Positions 19,737 through 29,410 of a stretch of 64,000 nucleotides of DNA are shown here, piece by piece (position 1 is the stretch's first letter; the number at the start of each line of letters is the position of its first letter). The position numbers and the translations under genes are program-made. The notes beneath the pieces are model-generated. The model was not told the origin of the DNA. It made no database searches and worked only from the letters and a program-made list of their open reading frames with translations. Source of the stretch: a bacterium (GTDB lineage: Bacteria > Electryoneota > Electryoneia > Electryoneales > Electryoneaceae); NCBI GenBank assembly GCA_963669175.1, contig OY769902.1:1792001-1856000 (forward strand), written 5' to 3'.

Positions 19737-19809
19737 GCCGGTGTAGCTCAGTTGGTAGAGCACTGGATTTGTAATCCAGCGGTCATCGGTTCGAATCCGA
19801 TCGCCGGCT
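19737..19809 (+). tRNA. tRNA-Thr(TGT), CCA not encoded
   Basis: Acceptor GCCGGTG/CGCCGGC, anticodon arm CTGGA-TT TGT AA-TCCAG, GTTCGAATC T-loop. Confidence 0.97.
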
Positions 19810-20016
19810 CGAAGCCGGAACGGGCCTGATCGGGGGATGACCCGCCCGCCAGCCCGGACGATAGGCAGTACGAGTCGTTTTGTTCTTCAAGACGCATTGG
19901 TGGCGCGAGATCCAGCGCAGGGAGGCCGTTGCCCCAGCACAGGCAGAGGCTGTTCACCTGGGCAGGAGGATCGGGTCACCTGTTTTGTGCTTGTTTGAAA
20001 AGCGAAACTACCCCAT

Positions 20017-20102
20017 GGGGGGATGCCCGAGCGGCCAAAGGGAGCAGACTGTAAATCTGCCGGCGGATGCCTTCGTAGGTTCGAATCCTACTCCCCCCAC
20101 CA
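20017..20102 (+). tRNA. tRNA-Tyr(GTA)
   Basis: GGGGGGA/TCCCCCC acceptor, GCAGA-CT GTA AA-TCTGC, long variable arm, ACCA end. Confidence 0.97.
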
Positions 20103-20104
20103 GG

Positions 20105-20197
20105 TAATTAGGAATTAGTAATTAGGAATATTGGGAGTGCTATTCACCTTCTGATGGTGTACTGGAATTCCTAATTTCTCATTCCTAATTCCTAATT
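20105..20197. repeat. Inverted arrays of heptamer tandem repeats (AATTAGG / CCTAATT), STRR-like
   Basis: AATTAGG-AATTAGT-AATTAGG-AAT ... ATTCCTAATTTCTCATTCCTAATTCCTAATT can form a long hairpin. Confidence 0.8.
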
Positions 20198-20212
20198 GTG
20201 CCGAAGGCACTC

Positions 20213-20289
20213 GCGGGAGTAGCTCAATTGGCTAGAGCATCGGCCTTCCAAGCCGAAGGTTACGGGTTCGAGCCCCGCCTCCCGCTCCA
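20213..20289 (+). tRNA. tRNA-Gly(TCC)
   Basis: GCGGGAG/CTCCCGC acceptor, TCGGC-CT TCC AA-GCCGA, TCCA end. Confidence 0.96.
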
Positions 20290-20378
20290 GAGGAGTTTCA
20301 GGTTGTTGGCAATGGCAGTGATAAAACGCTGTTCAGGTGGAAACCGTGCCAATCGCCTTTTTTGCATTTGATAGCAAA

Positions 20379-20451
<73 letters not shown>

Positions 20452-20550
20452 CCGAGTAAAGTTGATACACCGTAAGCACATTCACCTTGACCCGAATCTG
20501 ACCGCCAAAGACGAGTGGCGGGATGTTCAGGCGAGAGAGGAGATCATACA

Positions 20551-21744
20551 ATGGCGAAGGCGAAGTTTGAGCGCACGAAGCCGCATGTGAACATCGGCAC
20601 GATTGGTCACGTGGACCACGGTAAGACGACGTTGACAGCGGCGATCACATTGGTATTGTCGAAGAAGAACCAGGGCGTAGCCTTCCGTTCCTTCGATTCG
20701 ATTGATAACGCGCCGGAAGAACGTGAACGTGGTATTACAATTGCAACAGCCCACGTGGAATATGAGACGGATAACCGTCACTATGCCCATGTAGACTGTC
20801 CGGGTCACGCGGACTATGTGAAGAACATGATCACTGGTGCAGCGCAGATGGACGGTTCCATCGTGGTAGTGTCGGCTGCTGACGGCCCGATGCCGCAGAC
20901 CCGTGAGCACATTCTTCTCGCCCGCCAGGTGAACGTGCCTGCTTTGGTCGTATTCATGAACAAGGTGGATATGGTCGATGACGAGGAACTTCTTGACCTG
21001 GTCGAGTTGGAAATGCGCGACCTGTTGAACGAATATGAGTTCCCGGGCGACGATCTTCCGATCATCCGTGGCAGCGCCCTTGAAGCGTTGAACAATCCCG
21101 ATGATCCCGAAAAGACGAAGTGCATCTTTGAGTTGATGGAAGCAGTTGACGGTTACGTGCCGGAACCGGAACGTGCTGTAGACCAGGCCTTCCTGATGCC
21201 TGTAGAAGACGTCTTTTCGATCACAGGCCGTGGCACCGTGGCAACCGGTCGTATCGAGCGCGGCGTAGTCAAGACCGGTGAAGAGGTTGAGCTTGTAGGT
21301 CTTGGTGTGAACCGTAAGACGGTTGTGACCGGTGTAGAGATGTTCCGCAAGATCCTTGATCAGGGTCAGGCTGGTGACAACGCGGGTCTTCTGCTTCGTG
21401 GCGTAGACAAGAACGAGATCGAGCGCGGTATGGTCCTGGCGAAGCCGGGCAGTGTGAAGCCGCACACGAAGTTCGAAGCTGAAGTATACGTACTGGGCAA
21501 GGACGAAGGTGGACGTCATACACCGTTCTTCGGTGGCTATCGTCCGCAGTTCTTCTTCCGTACGACAGACGTGACCGGTGAGATTCAGTTGCCCGAAGGC
21601 GTAGAGATGGTAATGCCTGGTGACAACGTGAAGATGACTGTCGAACTGATCGCGCCGATCGCGATGGAAGAGACGCTTCGTTTCGCCATCCGTGAAGGCG
21701 GCCGTACAGTCGGCGCCGGCGTTGTCGGTAAGATTCTCGAGTAA
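20551..21744 (+). CDS. tuf: Elongation factor Tu (copy 1)
   Basis: [30 protein letters not shown]; SD before ATG 20551. Confidence 0.99.
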   Translation: MAKAKFERTKPHVNIGTIGHVDHGKTTLTAAITLVLSKKNQGVAFRSFDSIDNAPEERERGITIATAHVEYETDNRHYAHVDCPGHADYVKNMITGAAQMDGSIVVVSAADGPMPQTREHILLARQVNVPALVVFMNKVDMVDDEELLDLVELEMRDLLNEYEFPGDDLPIIRGSALEALNNPDDPEKTKCIFELMEAVDGYVPEPERAVDQAFLMPVEDVFSITGRGTVATGRIERGVVKTGEEVELVGLGVNRKTVVTGVEMFRKILDQGQAGDNAGLLLRGVDKNEIERGMVLAKPGSVKPHTKFEAEVYVLGKDEGGRHTPFFGGYRPQFFFRTTDVTGEIQLPEGVEMVMPGDNVKMTVELIAPIAMEETLRFAIREGGRTVGAGVVGKILE

Positions 21745-21759
21745 GTACGAAGTTCGTTT

Positions 21760-21793
21760 CCGCTCCCGGGCGTACGTTCGGGGGCGGCCTTTT
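21760..21793 (+). terminator. Terminator-like hairpin after tuf
   Basis: CCGCTCCCGGGCG/CGTTCGGGGGCGG followed by CCTTTT. Confidence 0.55.
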
Positions 21794-21847
21794 CATATCG
21801 GCGGGAGTGTGTGAAACGCTGGAACCGCCTCACACTGAGTTGGCATT

Positions 21848-21997
21848 ATGCGTGATAAGGTGATCTTGGCCTGCACAGAGTGCAAGCGTCGTAACTACAC
21901 TACGACCAAGAACAAGCGGAAGCATCCGGACAGGATGGAAGTGAAGAAGTATTGTCCTTTCTGCAACAAGCACACACCGCACCGGGAAACGAAGTAG
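21848..21997 (+). CDS. rpmG: 50S ribosomal protein L33 (zinc-ribbon form); absent from the ORF track
   Basis: Hand translation [49 protein letters not shown]. Confidence 0.97.
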   Translation: MRDKVILACTECKRRNYTTTKNKRKHPDRMEVKKYCPFCNKHTPHRETK

Positions 21998-22052
21998 CGG
22001 TTTGATTGTAGATGCCGGCAACAGGTTGTAGCAAGGTTGCCGGTGGTTCTTT

Positions 22053-22128
22053 AGGTCACTAGCTCAATTGGTAGAGCACCGGTCTCCAAAACCGGGGGTT
22101 GGGGGTTCGAGTCCCTCGTGACCTGCCA
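22053..22128 (+). tRNA. tRNA-Trp(CCA)
   Basis: AGGTCAC/GTGACCT acceptor, CCGGT-CT CCA AA-ACCGG, GCCA end. Confidence 0.97.
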
Positions 22129-22147
22129 GGCAACGAGAGAGGCTGCC

Positions 22148-22333
22148 ATGATCGGCAAAAGTATCGCCTATTTACGAAATGTACGCCAGGAGATGGGTAA
22201 GGTCTCATGGCCGACCTGGGGTCAGCTCAGGGAATCGACGACGATTACCCTCATATTGGCGTTGGTACTGGCGATTTTCATTTTCATTATTGACAAGATC
22301 GTGTCTGTACTGATCGGGTTTGTCATTTCATGA
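22148..22333 (+). CDS. secE: Preprotein translocase subunit SecE
   Basis: EMGKVSWPT motif plus one TM; lies between tRNA-Trp and nusG. Confidence 0.95.
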   Translation: MIGKSIAYLRNVRQEMGKVSWPTWGQLRESTTITLILALVLAIFIFIIDKIVSVLIGFVIS

Positions 22334-22902
22334 CGACTGTAAACGACACTCAAGAAGGAATGGAGTGGTTCGTCGCTCATGTCTTCACCGGGCAGGAAAA
22401 CCGGGTGAAGGAGTACATGGAGCGCGAGGTCGAGCGTCTTGGTTACCAGGATCTGGTCGGCCGTGTACTTATTCCGACTGAAGACATCATTGAGATGCGT
22501 GATGGTCGGAAGCGGGTGAAGAAGCGTTCCTTCTTCCCTGGGTACATGCTGGTTGAGATGAAGCTTTGCAAGGAAACCAAGCACCTTGTAACCAACACTC
22601 CTGGTGTGATTGGGTTCATCGGTGGAACCGGTACAGAACCTCAACCGATTCAGCAGCATGAAGTGGACCGGATTTTCGGCCGTGTCGAAGAAACCGCCGG
22701 TACCGCGACCATGGAGATCCCGTTTGGCGTCGATGATAAGGTGAAAATCATTGATGGTCCATTCAAGGAATTCCAGGGCACCATTACTGAGATCAACGAG
22801 GAGAAGCGTAAGCTGAAAGTTCTGGTGTCGATCTTCGGACGGGAAACTCCAGTTGAAGTGGATTTCCTGCAGGTTAGCACAGACTTCAGTGAGAACTCCT
22901 GA
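22330..22902 (+). CDS. nusG: Transcription factor NusG
   Basis: FFPGYMLV, TPGVIGFIG, KOW DGPF, IFGRETPVE. Confidence 0.98.
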   Translation: MTTVNDTQEGMEWFVAHVFTGQENRVKEYMEREVERLGYQDLVGRVLIPTEDIIEMRDGRKRVKKRSFFPGYMLVEMKLCKETKHLVTNTPGVIGFIGGTGTEPQPIQQHEVDRIFGRVEETAGTATMEIPFGVDDKVKIIDGPFKEFQGTITEINEEKRKLKVLVSIFGRETPVEVDFLQVSTDFSENS

Positions 22903-23107
22903 GGATTCCGGCCGTACTACCCTTGCCACACAGCACTGCCTGCCCTGATGCTTTAGCGGAAGGGTAGGATCTCTTCGTCTGTTGGTAGGGGGATTGCAAG
23001 AATGAGGCCGGAATAGTGGCACTTGGGGCCACATAAAAGTGCAGGGCTTATCCGAACCCTGCGCTATAGAAGTAAAAGACAGGCAACCGTAACCGGATGA
23101 GGATAAG

Positions 23108-23539
23108 ATGGCGAAGAAAGTAAAAGCGATCGTGAAACTGGTTTGTACTGGTGGGCAGGCCTCGCCAGCGCCTCCGGTCGGCACGGCCCTCGGTCCGCAA
23201 GGCGTGAACATCATGGAGTTCGTGAAGCAGTTCAACGCCAAGACGCAGGATCAACAGGGCGTGTTGATTCCGGTGGAAATGACCATCTTCACCGATACGT
23301 CGTTCACCTTCATCACCAAGACCCCACCCGCCTCATACCTCATCAAGCAGGCCATGAAGCTGGATAAAGGGTCGGCAGAGCCCCACGTGACGAAGGTTGG
23401 AACGCTAAAACAGGATCAACTCCGTAAGATCGCGGAGCTGAAGATGAAAGACCTGAACGCTCACACAGTTGACGCGGCAATGAACATCATTGCCGGTACA
23501 GCTCGTTCGATGGGCGTGTTGGTCGAGGCAGCGGAGTAA
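23108..23539 (+). CDS. rplK: 50S ribosomal protein L11
   Basis: [24 protein letters not shown]. Confidence 0.98.
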   Translation: MAKKVKAIVKLVCTGGQASPAPPVGTALGPQGVNIMEFVKQFNAKTQDQQGVLIPVEMTIFTDTSFTFITKTPPASYLIKQAMKLDKGSAEPHVTKVGTLKQDQLRKIAELKMKDLNAHTVDAAMNIIAGTARSMGVLVEAAE

Positions 23540-23543
23540 AAAC

Positions 23544-24248
23544 ATGAAACGTAGCCGACGCTGGAAGGAAGCGGCGACCAAGGTCGACCGTCTCCGCGAG
23601 TACCAGCTCGACGAGTCCCTTGACATCGTCAAGGAAAACGCGAGTAAGACAAAGTTCGATGAAACCGTCGAGCTGACAGTCAACCTGGGTGTTGATCCCC
23701 GAAAGGCGGATCAGATGGTGCGTGGCACTGTCGCCTTACCGCACGGAACCGGTAAAGCCGTTCGCGTCCTGGTCCTGACAAAGGGCGAGAAGCAGAACGA
23801 AGCCAAGGAAGCCGGAGCCGATTACGTCGGGTTTGAAGAGTACATCGAGAAGATCGAAGGTGGCTGGTTTGACTTTGATGTCTGTATTGCCACCCCGGAC
23901 TCGATGCGTGACGTAGGTAAGTTGGGGCGTGTACTGGGCCCGCGTGGCCTGATGCCGAACCCCAAAACCGGGACTGTCACATTTGACGTAGGTCAGGCAG
24001 TTGAAGAGGTGAAAGCCGGTCGTATCGATTTCCGTGTTGACCGGTATGGTATTATTCACGTTGGCGTGGGTAAAGTTTCCTTTACCACCGAAATGCTTCG
24101 TGATAATATCGTGGAGATGATGCGGACCCTGATGCGCATGAAGCCGTCTGCGGCCAAGGGCACCTATGTTCGCAAAATCAGCGTCTCCTCCACCATGGGC
24201 CCTGGTGTTAAAATTGACCGTACCGTTATGCGGGATATGGCCAAATAA
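23544..24248 (+). CDS. rplA: 50S ribosomal protein L1
   Basis: [35 protein letters not shown]. Confidence 0.98.
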   Translation: MKRSRRWKEAATKVDRLREYQLDESLDIVKENASKTKFDETVELTVNLGVDPRKADQMVRGTVALPHGTGKAVRVLVLTKGEKQNEAKEAGADYVGFEEYIEKIEGGWFDFDVCIATPDSMRDVGKLGRVLGPRGLMPNPKTGTVTFDVGQAVEEVKAGRIDFRVDRYGIIHVGVGKVSFTTEMLRDNIVEMMRTLMRMKPSAAKGTYVRKISVSSTMGPGVKIDRTVMRDMAK

Positions 24249-24282
24249 CCGGGTCTGAAAGACCTTGAAGATGGAGTAGATC

Positions 24283-24855
24283 ATGGCGTACGAAACCAAT
24301 CCAAATCCAGCGAAGAAAGAAACCGTCGCCCAGCTCGAAGAAATCGTGAGCAAGGCTGAAGGTATCTTCTTCACGGACTTCAGCGGTCTGTCGGTGGCGC
24401 AAATCAACCAGCTTCGTTCACGGTTTTTTGATGCCGGCGATGCGAATTTCCTGGTTGCAAAGAACACCCTGACCAAGATCGCGCTTGAGAACAAGGGCTA
24501 CGAGAATGTGCTGGAGCAACTCGCTCCAGTATTAAAGGGACCGACCGGAATGGCGCTTGGTTTTGACGATCCCGTCAAGCCGGTCAAGGTGATTGCTGAA
24601 TTCCTGAAAGACAATAAGCTTGAAAAGCCCGCATTTAAGGGTGGTATTGTTGAAGGGACATTCTACGGCCCCGAAGATGTAGAAAAGTTGAAAGATATTC
24701 CGCCGGTGGATCAGCTCTACGCATTGATCGTAGGCAGCATTACCAGTCCACTGAGTGGTTTTGTTGGCGTACTGAACGAGACTGTCCGCAGCTTTGTCGG
24801 CGTGCTCGACGCCATTATTCAGCAGAAACAGGAAGAAGAGGGCGCGGCAGCCTGA
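24283..24855 (+). CDS. rplJ: 50S ribosomal protein L10
   Basis: DFSGLSV..LR, KNTL, GPT; position between rplA and rplL. Confidence 0.96.
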   Translation: MAYETNPNPAKKETVAQLEEIVSKAEGIFFTDFSGLSVAQINQLRSRFFDAGDANFLVAKNTLTKIALENKGYENVLEQLAPVLKGPTGMALGFDDPVKPVKVIAEFLKDNKLEKPAFKGGIVEGTFYGPEDVEKLKDIPPVDQLYALIVGSITSPLSGFVGVLNETVRSFVGVLDAIIQQKQEEEGAAA

Positions 24856-24937
24856 AGAAACGGGCAGGCAGTGGATATGCCGCCGCTGCCTTAATTTGCC
24901 CCGGAAGGAACGCGCACAACCCCTAAGGAGGCATAAC

Positions 24938-25315
24938 GTGCAAGAGCTTATTGAACAAATCAAGAACATGAAAGTTCTTGAGCTGGTAGAACTGAAGAAG
25001 GCCCTGGAAGAAGAATTTGGTGTCACCGCAGCCGCCCCGATGATGGGTGCAGGTATGATGATGCCGGCCGCTGGCGCTGCTGCTGCAGAGCCCGAAGAAG
25101 AGAAGACAGAGTTTGACGTCATCCTGAAGGATGCCGGCGACAAGAAGATCCAGGTCATCAAGGTTATCCGTCCGATTACCGGTCTCGGTCTGAAAGAAGC
25201 CAAAGATCTCGTCGAATCCGCTCCGAAGCCGATCAAGGAAGCCGTGAGCAAGGATGAAGCCGAAGAGATCAAGAGCAAGATCGAAGAAGTCGGTGGCGTA
25301 GTGGAGCTGAAGTAA
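24938..25315 (+). CDS. rplL: 50S ribosomal protein L7/L12
   Basis: [25 protein letters not shown]; AAGGAGG SD before GTG 24938. Confidence 0.98.
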   Translation: MQELIEQIKNMKVLELVELKKALEEEFGVTAAAPMMGAGMMMPAAGAAAAEPEEEKTEFDVILKDAGDKKIQVIKVIRPITGLGLKEAKDLVESAPKPIKEAVSKDEAEEIKSKIEEVGGVVELK

Positions 25316-25350
25316 TTGACAGCGACAGCTGCTAGAGCTTTGCATTTTCC

Positions 25351-25389
25351 AGGCGGGTCCACCGCACAGGGTGGTGGGCTTCGCCTTTT
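25351..25389 (+). terminator. Terminator/attenuator hairpin between rplL and rpoB
   Basis: AGGCGGGTCCACC...GGTGGGCTTCGCCT followed by TTT; same position as the known rplL-rpoB attenuator. Confidence 0.65.
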
Positions 25390-25436
25390 CATGTTCGGTA
25401 CCCTGAATGGTACACCTGTCGCATAAGGAGGTCGTG

Positions 25437-28400
25437 GTGCAGAAGAAGGACCCGATTCAGCGACACAGTTTCTCCCGGATCGCTCCAGTGCTGGATATCC
25501 CAGACCTGCTGGAAGTCCAGGTGAAATCCTTCAATGATTTCCTTCAGGCGGATGTGCTGCCGGAGGAACGCGGGAACCAGGGACTCCAGGAAGTGTGCAA
25601 TACCATTTTCCCGATTGTGGACAACCGGGAAGAACACATCCTCGAGTTCGTCGAGTATTATGTTGAAGCGCCCAAGTATACCGTCGAAGAGTGCAAGGAG
25701 CGCGGTGTCAGCTACACGGTGCCCCTGAAGGCCAAACTCCGCCTGTCAAGCAGGGGAGACTCCGACGAATCCGATGAATTCGAAGAAACGATCGAATCGG
25801 ATGTGTACATGGGCAACCTGCCGATGATGACTTCGCGGGGTACGTTTATCATTAACGGCGCCGAACGAGTCATTGTCAGCCAGTTGCATCGTAGCCCGGG
25901 TGTATTCTTCTCGTCATCCATTCATCCGAATGGAACGACGATCTATTCCGCCCGGATTATCCCCTTCCGCGGAAGTTGGATCGAGTTTACCACCGATATC
26001 AACAACGCGATCTTCGTATACATCGACCGTCGTCGAAAATTCCCGGTGACAACCTTCCTGCGTGCCATCGGGTTGAGCACTGACGCCCAGATTCTGGAAG
26101 CTTTCGGCTTCTGTGAAGAGGTGCCGATCAGCCGTAAGGAGATCGAAAGTTATTTCGGTCGCAAAGTTGTCGACGATGTGATTGATGAAGAGACGGGTGA
26201 AGTCATTGCTGAGAAGGATGAAGAATTCAGCGATGATATCCTGAAGAAGATGAAGCGCGCCAAGATTAGGCGGATTCCGCTGCTCAGGCGTGTGCGGGGT
26301 AAGGAAAACGAACTTAGCCTCGAGATTCTTCATAACACGCTGGCTCGCGACAAAACGAGCAGTGAAGAAGAAGCACTCGAGTTTATTTATCGTGAAATGC
26401 GCAGTGGCGATTCACCGGACATCGAAACAGCACGCAAGCTTCTGCAGCGCCTGTTCTTCGATGAAAAGCGCTATGATCTGGGCGCTGTCGGCCGGTATCG
26501 AATCAACATCAAGCTGGACCTGGATGTCCCACGCGAGACAACAATCCTCGCCCAGGAAGATGTTGTTGCCATTGTCAAGTATGTCCTGTTGCTGAAGAAC
26601 GCCAAGCGCAGTACCGATGATATTGACCACTTGGGCAATCGTCGTGTTCGTACCGTTGGCGAACAGCTTGCAAATCAGTTCTCGGTCGCGTTCAGCCGTA
26701 TGGCGCGAACGATCAAGGAACGGATGAATGTCCGTGATTCCGAGAAGCTGCAGCCGCAAGACCTGGTCAATGTTCGCACGATTTCCAGTGTGATCAACAC
26801 CTTCTTCGGCACAAACCAGCTCAGCCAGTTCATGGACCAGGTCAATCCGCTTACGGAATTGACTCACAAGCGCCGTCTTTCGGCCCTGGGTCCGGGTGGT
26901 CTGACGCGTGAACGCGCAGGCTTCGAAGTTCGCGACGTTCACTACACGCATTATGGCCGTTTGTGCCCGATCGAAACCCCTGAAGGTCCGAACATTGGTC
27001 TGATCTCCAGTCTGACAACCTTTGCCCGCTTCAACGATCTCGGCTTTGTCGAGACTCCTTATCGCAAGGTGAAAAACGGCAAGGTTACCAAGCAGATTGA
27101 GTACCTGTCGGCAGATGATGAAGACAAGTACGTTATTGCTCAGGCCAACGCTCCGTTGAGCGAGGATGGTTCCTTCAGAAACGAACGTGTCAAGTGCCGG
27201 TACCGTGCTGAATACCCGGTTATGACACCGGACAAGATTGACTATATGGACGTGGCGCCGCACCAGATCGTGTCGGTGGCTGCTTCCCTTATTCCGTTCC
27301 TGGAACATGATGACGCCAACCGTGCATTGATGGGATCCAACATGCAGCGGCAGGCGGTTCCGCTCCTGGTGCCGGAAACCCCGATTGTGGGTACCGGTAT
27401 GGAAAAGAAGGCGGCGGAAGATTCACGCGCTACCGTACGTACAGACACCGATGGCGTTGTGCGCTATGTTGACGCGAACAAGATCGTGGTTGAAGCGCGC
27501 CGCAAGGGTGTTTCCAAGGAACGTCAGTCGGAGCTGCCCAGCAGCTTCAACACGTATCGTCTGCAAAAGTTCATCCGTACCAACCAGGACTCCTGTATCA
27601 ATCAGCGTCCTTTGGTAAAGACCGGGCAGTTCATTCGCGCCGGCCAGGTGATTGCGGACGGTCCCGCGACAGATCGTGGCGAACTGGCGCTGGGACGTAA
27701 TGTCCTGGTGGCTTTCATGCCTTGGCACGGGTACAACTTCGAAGACTCGGTCATTATTTCCGAGCGCATTGTGAAGGACGATGTCTTCACCAGCATCCGG
27801 ATTGAGGAGCTGGAGTTGCAGGTTCGCGAGACAAAGCGCGGTAAGGAAGAACTGACCTCGGAAATTCCGAACGTCTCCGAAGAAGCAACCCGTAACCTTG
27901 ACGAGAACGGTATTGTCCGGGTCGGCGCACTGATTAATTCCGGCGACATTCTTGTCGGTAAAGTCACCCCGAAGGGCGAAACCGACCTGACTCCGGAAGA
28001 CAAGTTGCTGAAGGCGATCTTCGGTGACAAGGCCGGTGATGTGAAAGACGCCAGCCTTCGTGCGCATCCGGGTATGTACGGTATCGTGATCGACACGAAA
28101 CTGTTCAGTCGCAAGAAGAAAGACGTTGAGACACGTCGCCGTGACAAGGAAACCATCGCCCAGATCGAAGCGGACCTGGAACGCGAATTGAAGATGTTGC
28201 GCGTACGGTGCATTGATTCTCTGAAGAATGTGCTTACCGGACGCAGCGCGCTTGAGATTCGTTCCGCTGATGATGATATGGTGATGATTCCCGAAGGAAC
28301 CGTCTACACGGAAGAGCTGGTTAATTCGCTGAAGCTCGAAGATGTTCCTGATGATGTAGACTGGTGCGTGGACGAAGAATCCAGTGTCCTGGCACGTTAT

Positions 28401-29222
28401 GCTTTGCATGATTACCGTGAAGCATCTGCGCAGTCGGAAGTCGAAAACCGGAACAAGATCCATAAGATCCAGGTTGGCGATGAACTACCCAGTGGCATTC
28501 TGCAACTGGCAAAGGTATACATCGCACAGCGCCGCAAGCTGTCTGTCGGTGACAAGATGGCCGGTCGTCACGGTAACAAGGGTGTTGTGGGTAAGATTGT
28601 CCCGATTGAAGATATGCCGTTCCTGTCGGATGGCACTTCGGTAGACATCATCCTGAACCCGTTGGGTGTGCCAAGTCGTATGAATATCGGCCAGATTTTC
28701 GAAACCGTGCTTGGCTGGGCGGGCGACAAGCTGGGCAAGCATTATGCGACCCCGGTATTCGACGGCGCCACGCTGGAAGATGTAGAGAACGAGCTGAAAG
28801 ATGCCGGTATTCCAAACGCCGGTCAGGTTCAGCTTTATGACGGCCGTTCAGGTGAAGCGTTCGACCAGAAGACAACCGTGGGCCAGATCTACATGATGAA
28901 GCTGTCTCACCTTGTCGATGACAAGATCCATGCCCGCAGCATTGGACCGTACTCCCTGATTACCCAACAGCCGTTGGGTGGTAAGGCGCAGTTCGGTGGC
29001 CAACGCTTCGGTGAAATGGAAGTCTGGGCGCTGGAAGCATACGGTGCGGCTCATACGCTGCAGGAAATGCTGACAGTGAAGTCGGACGATGTTCAGGGCC
29101 GTGCACGGACCTACGAGGCGATCGTCAAGGGCGAGAACCTGCCGGTTCCGGGCACACCTGAATCCTTTAACGTACTGATTAACGAGCTTATGGGTCTCGG
29201 GCTTGATGTCAAGCTTGACTGA
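25437..29222 (+). CDS. rpoB: RNA polymerase beta subunit
   Basis: SQFMDQ..HKRRLSALGPGG, GDKMAGRHGNKG, GGQRFGEME; AAGGAGG SD before GTG. Confidence 0.99.
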   Translation: MQKKDPIQRHSFSRIAPVLDIPDLLEVQVKSFNDFLQADVLPEERGNQGLQEVCNTIFPIVDNREEHILEFVEYYVEAPKYTVEECKERGVSYTVPLKAKLRLSSRGDSDESDEFEETIESDVYMGNLPMMTSRGTFIINGAERVIVSQLHRSPGVFFSSSIHPNGTTIYSARIIPFRGSWIEFTTDINNAIFVYIDRRRKFPVTTFLRAIGLSTDAQILEAFGFCEEVPISRKEIESYFGRKVVDDVIDEETGEVIAEKDEEFSDDILKKMKRAKIRRIPLLRRVRGKENELSLEILHNTLARDKTSSEEEALEFIYREMRSGDSPDIETARKLLQRLFFDEKRYDLGAVGRYRINIKLDLDVPRETTILAQEDVVAIVKYVLLLKNAKRSTDDIDHLGNRRVRTVGEQLANQFSVAFSRMARTIKERMNVRDSEKLQPQDLVNVRTISSVINTFFGTNQLSQFMDQVNPLTELTHKRRLSALGPGGLTRERAGFEVRDVHYTHYGRLCPIETPEGPNIGLISSLTTFARFNDLGFVETPYRKVKNGKVTKQIEYLSADDEDKYVIAQANAPLSEDGSFRNERVKCRYRAEYPVMTPDKIDYMDVAPHQIVSVAASLIPFLEHDDANRALMGSNMQRQAVPLLVPETPIVGTGMEKKAAEDSRATVRTDTDGVVRYVDANKIVVEARRKGVSKERQSELPSSFNTYRLQKFIRTNQDSCINQRPLVKTGQFIRAGQVIADGPATDRGELALGRNVLVAFMPWHGYNFEDSVIISERIVKDDVFTSIRIEELELQVRETKRGKEELTSEIPNVSEEATRNLDENGIVRVGALINSGDILVGKVTPKGETDLTPEDKLLKAIFGDKAGDVKDASLRAHPGMYGIVIDTKLFSRKKKDVETRRRDKETIAQIEADLERELKMLRVRCIDSLKNVLTGRSALEIRSADDDMVMIPEGTVYTEELVNSLKLEDVPDDVDWCVDEESSVLARYALHDYREASAQSEVENRNKIHKIQVGDELPSGILQLAKVYIAQRRKLSVGDKMAGRHGNKGVVGKIVPIEDMPFLSDGTSVDIILNPLGVPSRMNIGQIFETVLGWAGDKLGKHYATPVFDGATLEDVENELKDAGIPNAGQVQLYDGRSGEAFDQKTTVGQIYMMKLSHLVDDKIHARSIGPYSLITQQPLGGKAQFGGQRFGEMEVWALEAYGAAHTLQEMLTVKSDDVQGRARTYEAIVKGENLPVPGTPESFNVLINELMGLGLDVKLD

Positions 29223-29410
29223 TCCATAGTCGAAACAGTATCCCGCTGGTACAGGGGATTTTCGTAAGATTGAGACTTGCTACCGGTAAACCGGTAGTTA
29301 GAGATATGTTCAAGTTGGTAATGACCAACGACCGGACGGTATGATATTCACGTCCGGTACCGTTCCACGGAAGTGGCGTGGTTCGAACCAACAGACTGCT
29401 GGAGGTGGTT

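Noticed and set aside
24860-24915. CCGGAAGGAA resembling the SRP RNA core
   Set aside because: The flanking CAGG and GCAGC elements and the long stem are missing; it is only an rplJ-rplL hairpin.
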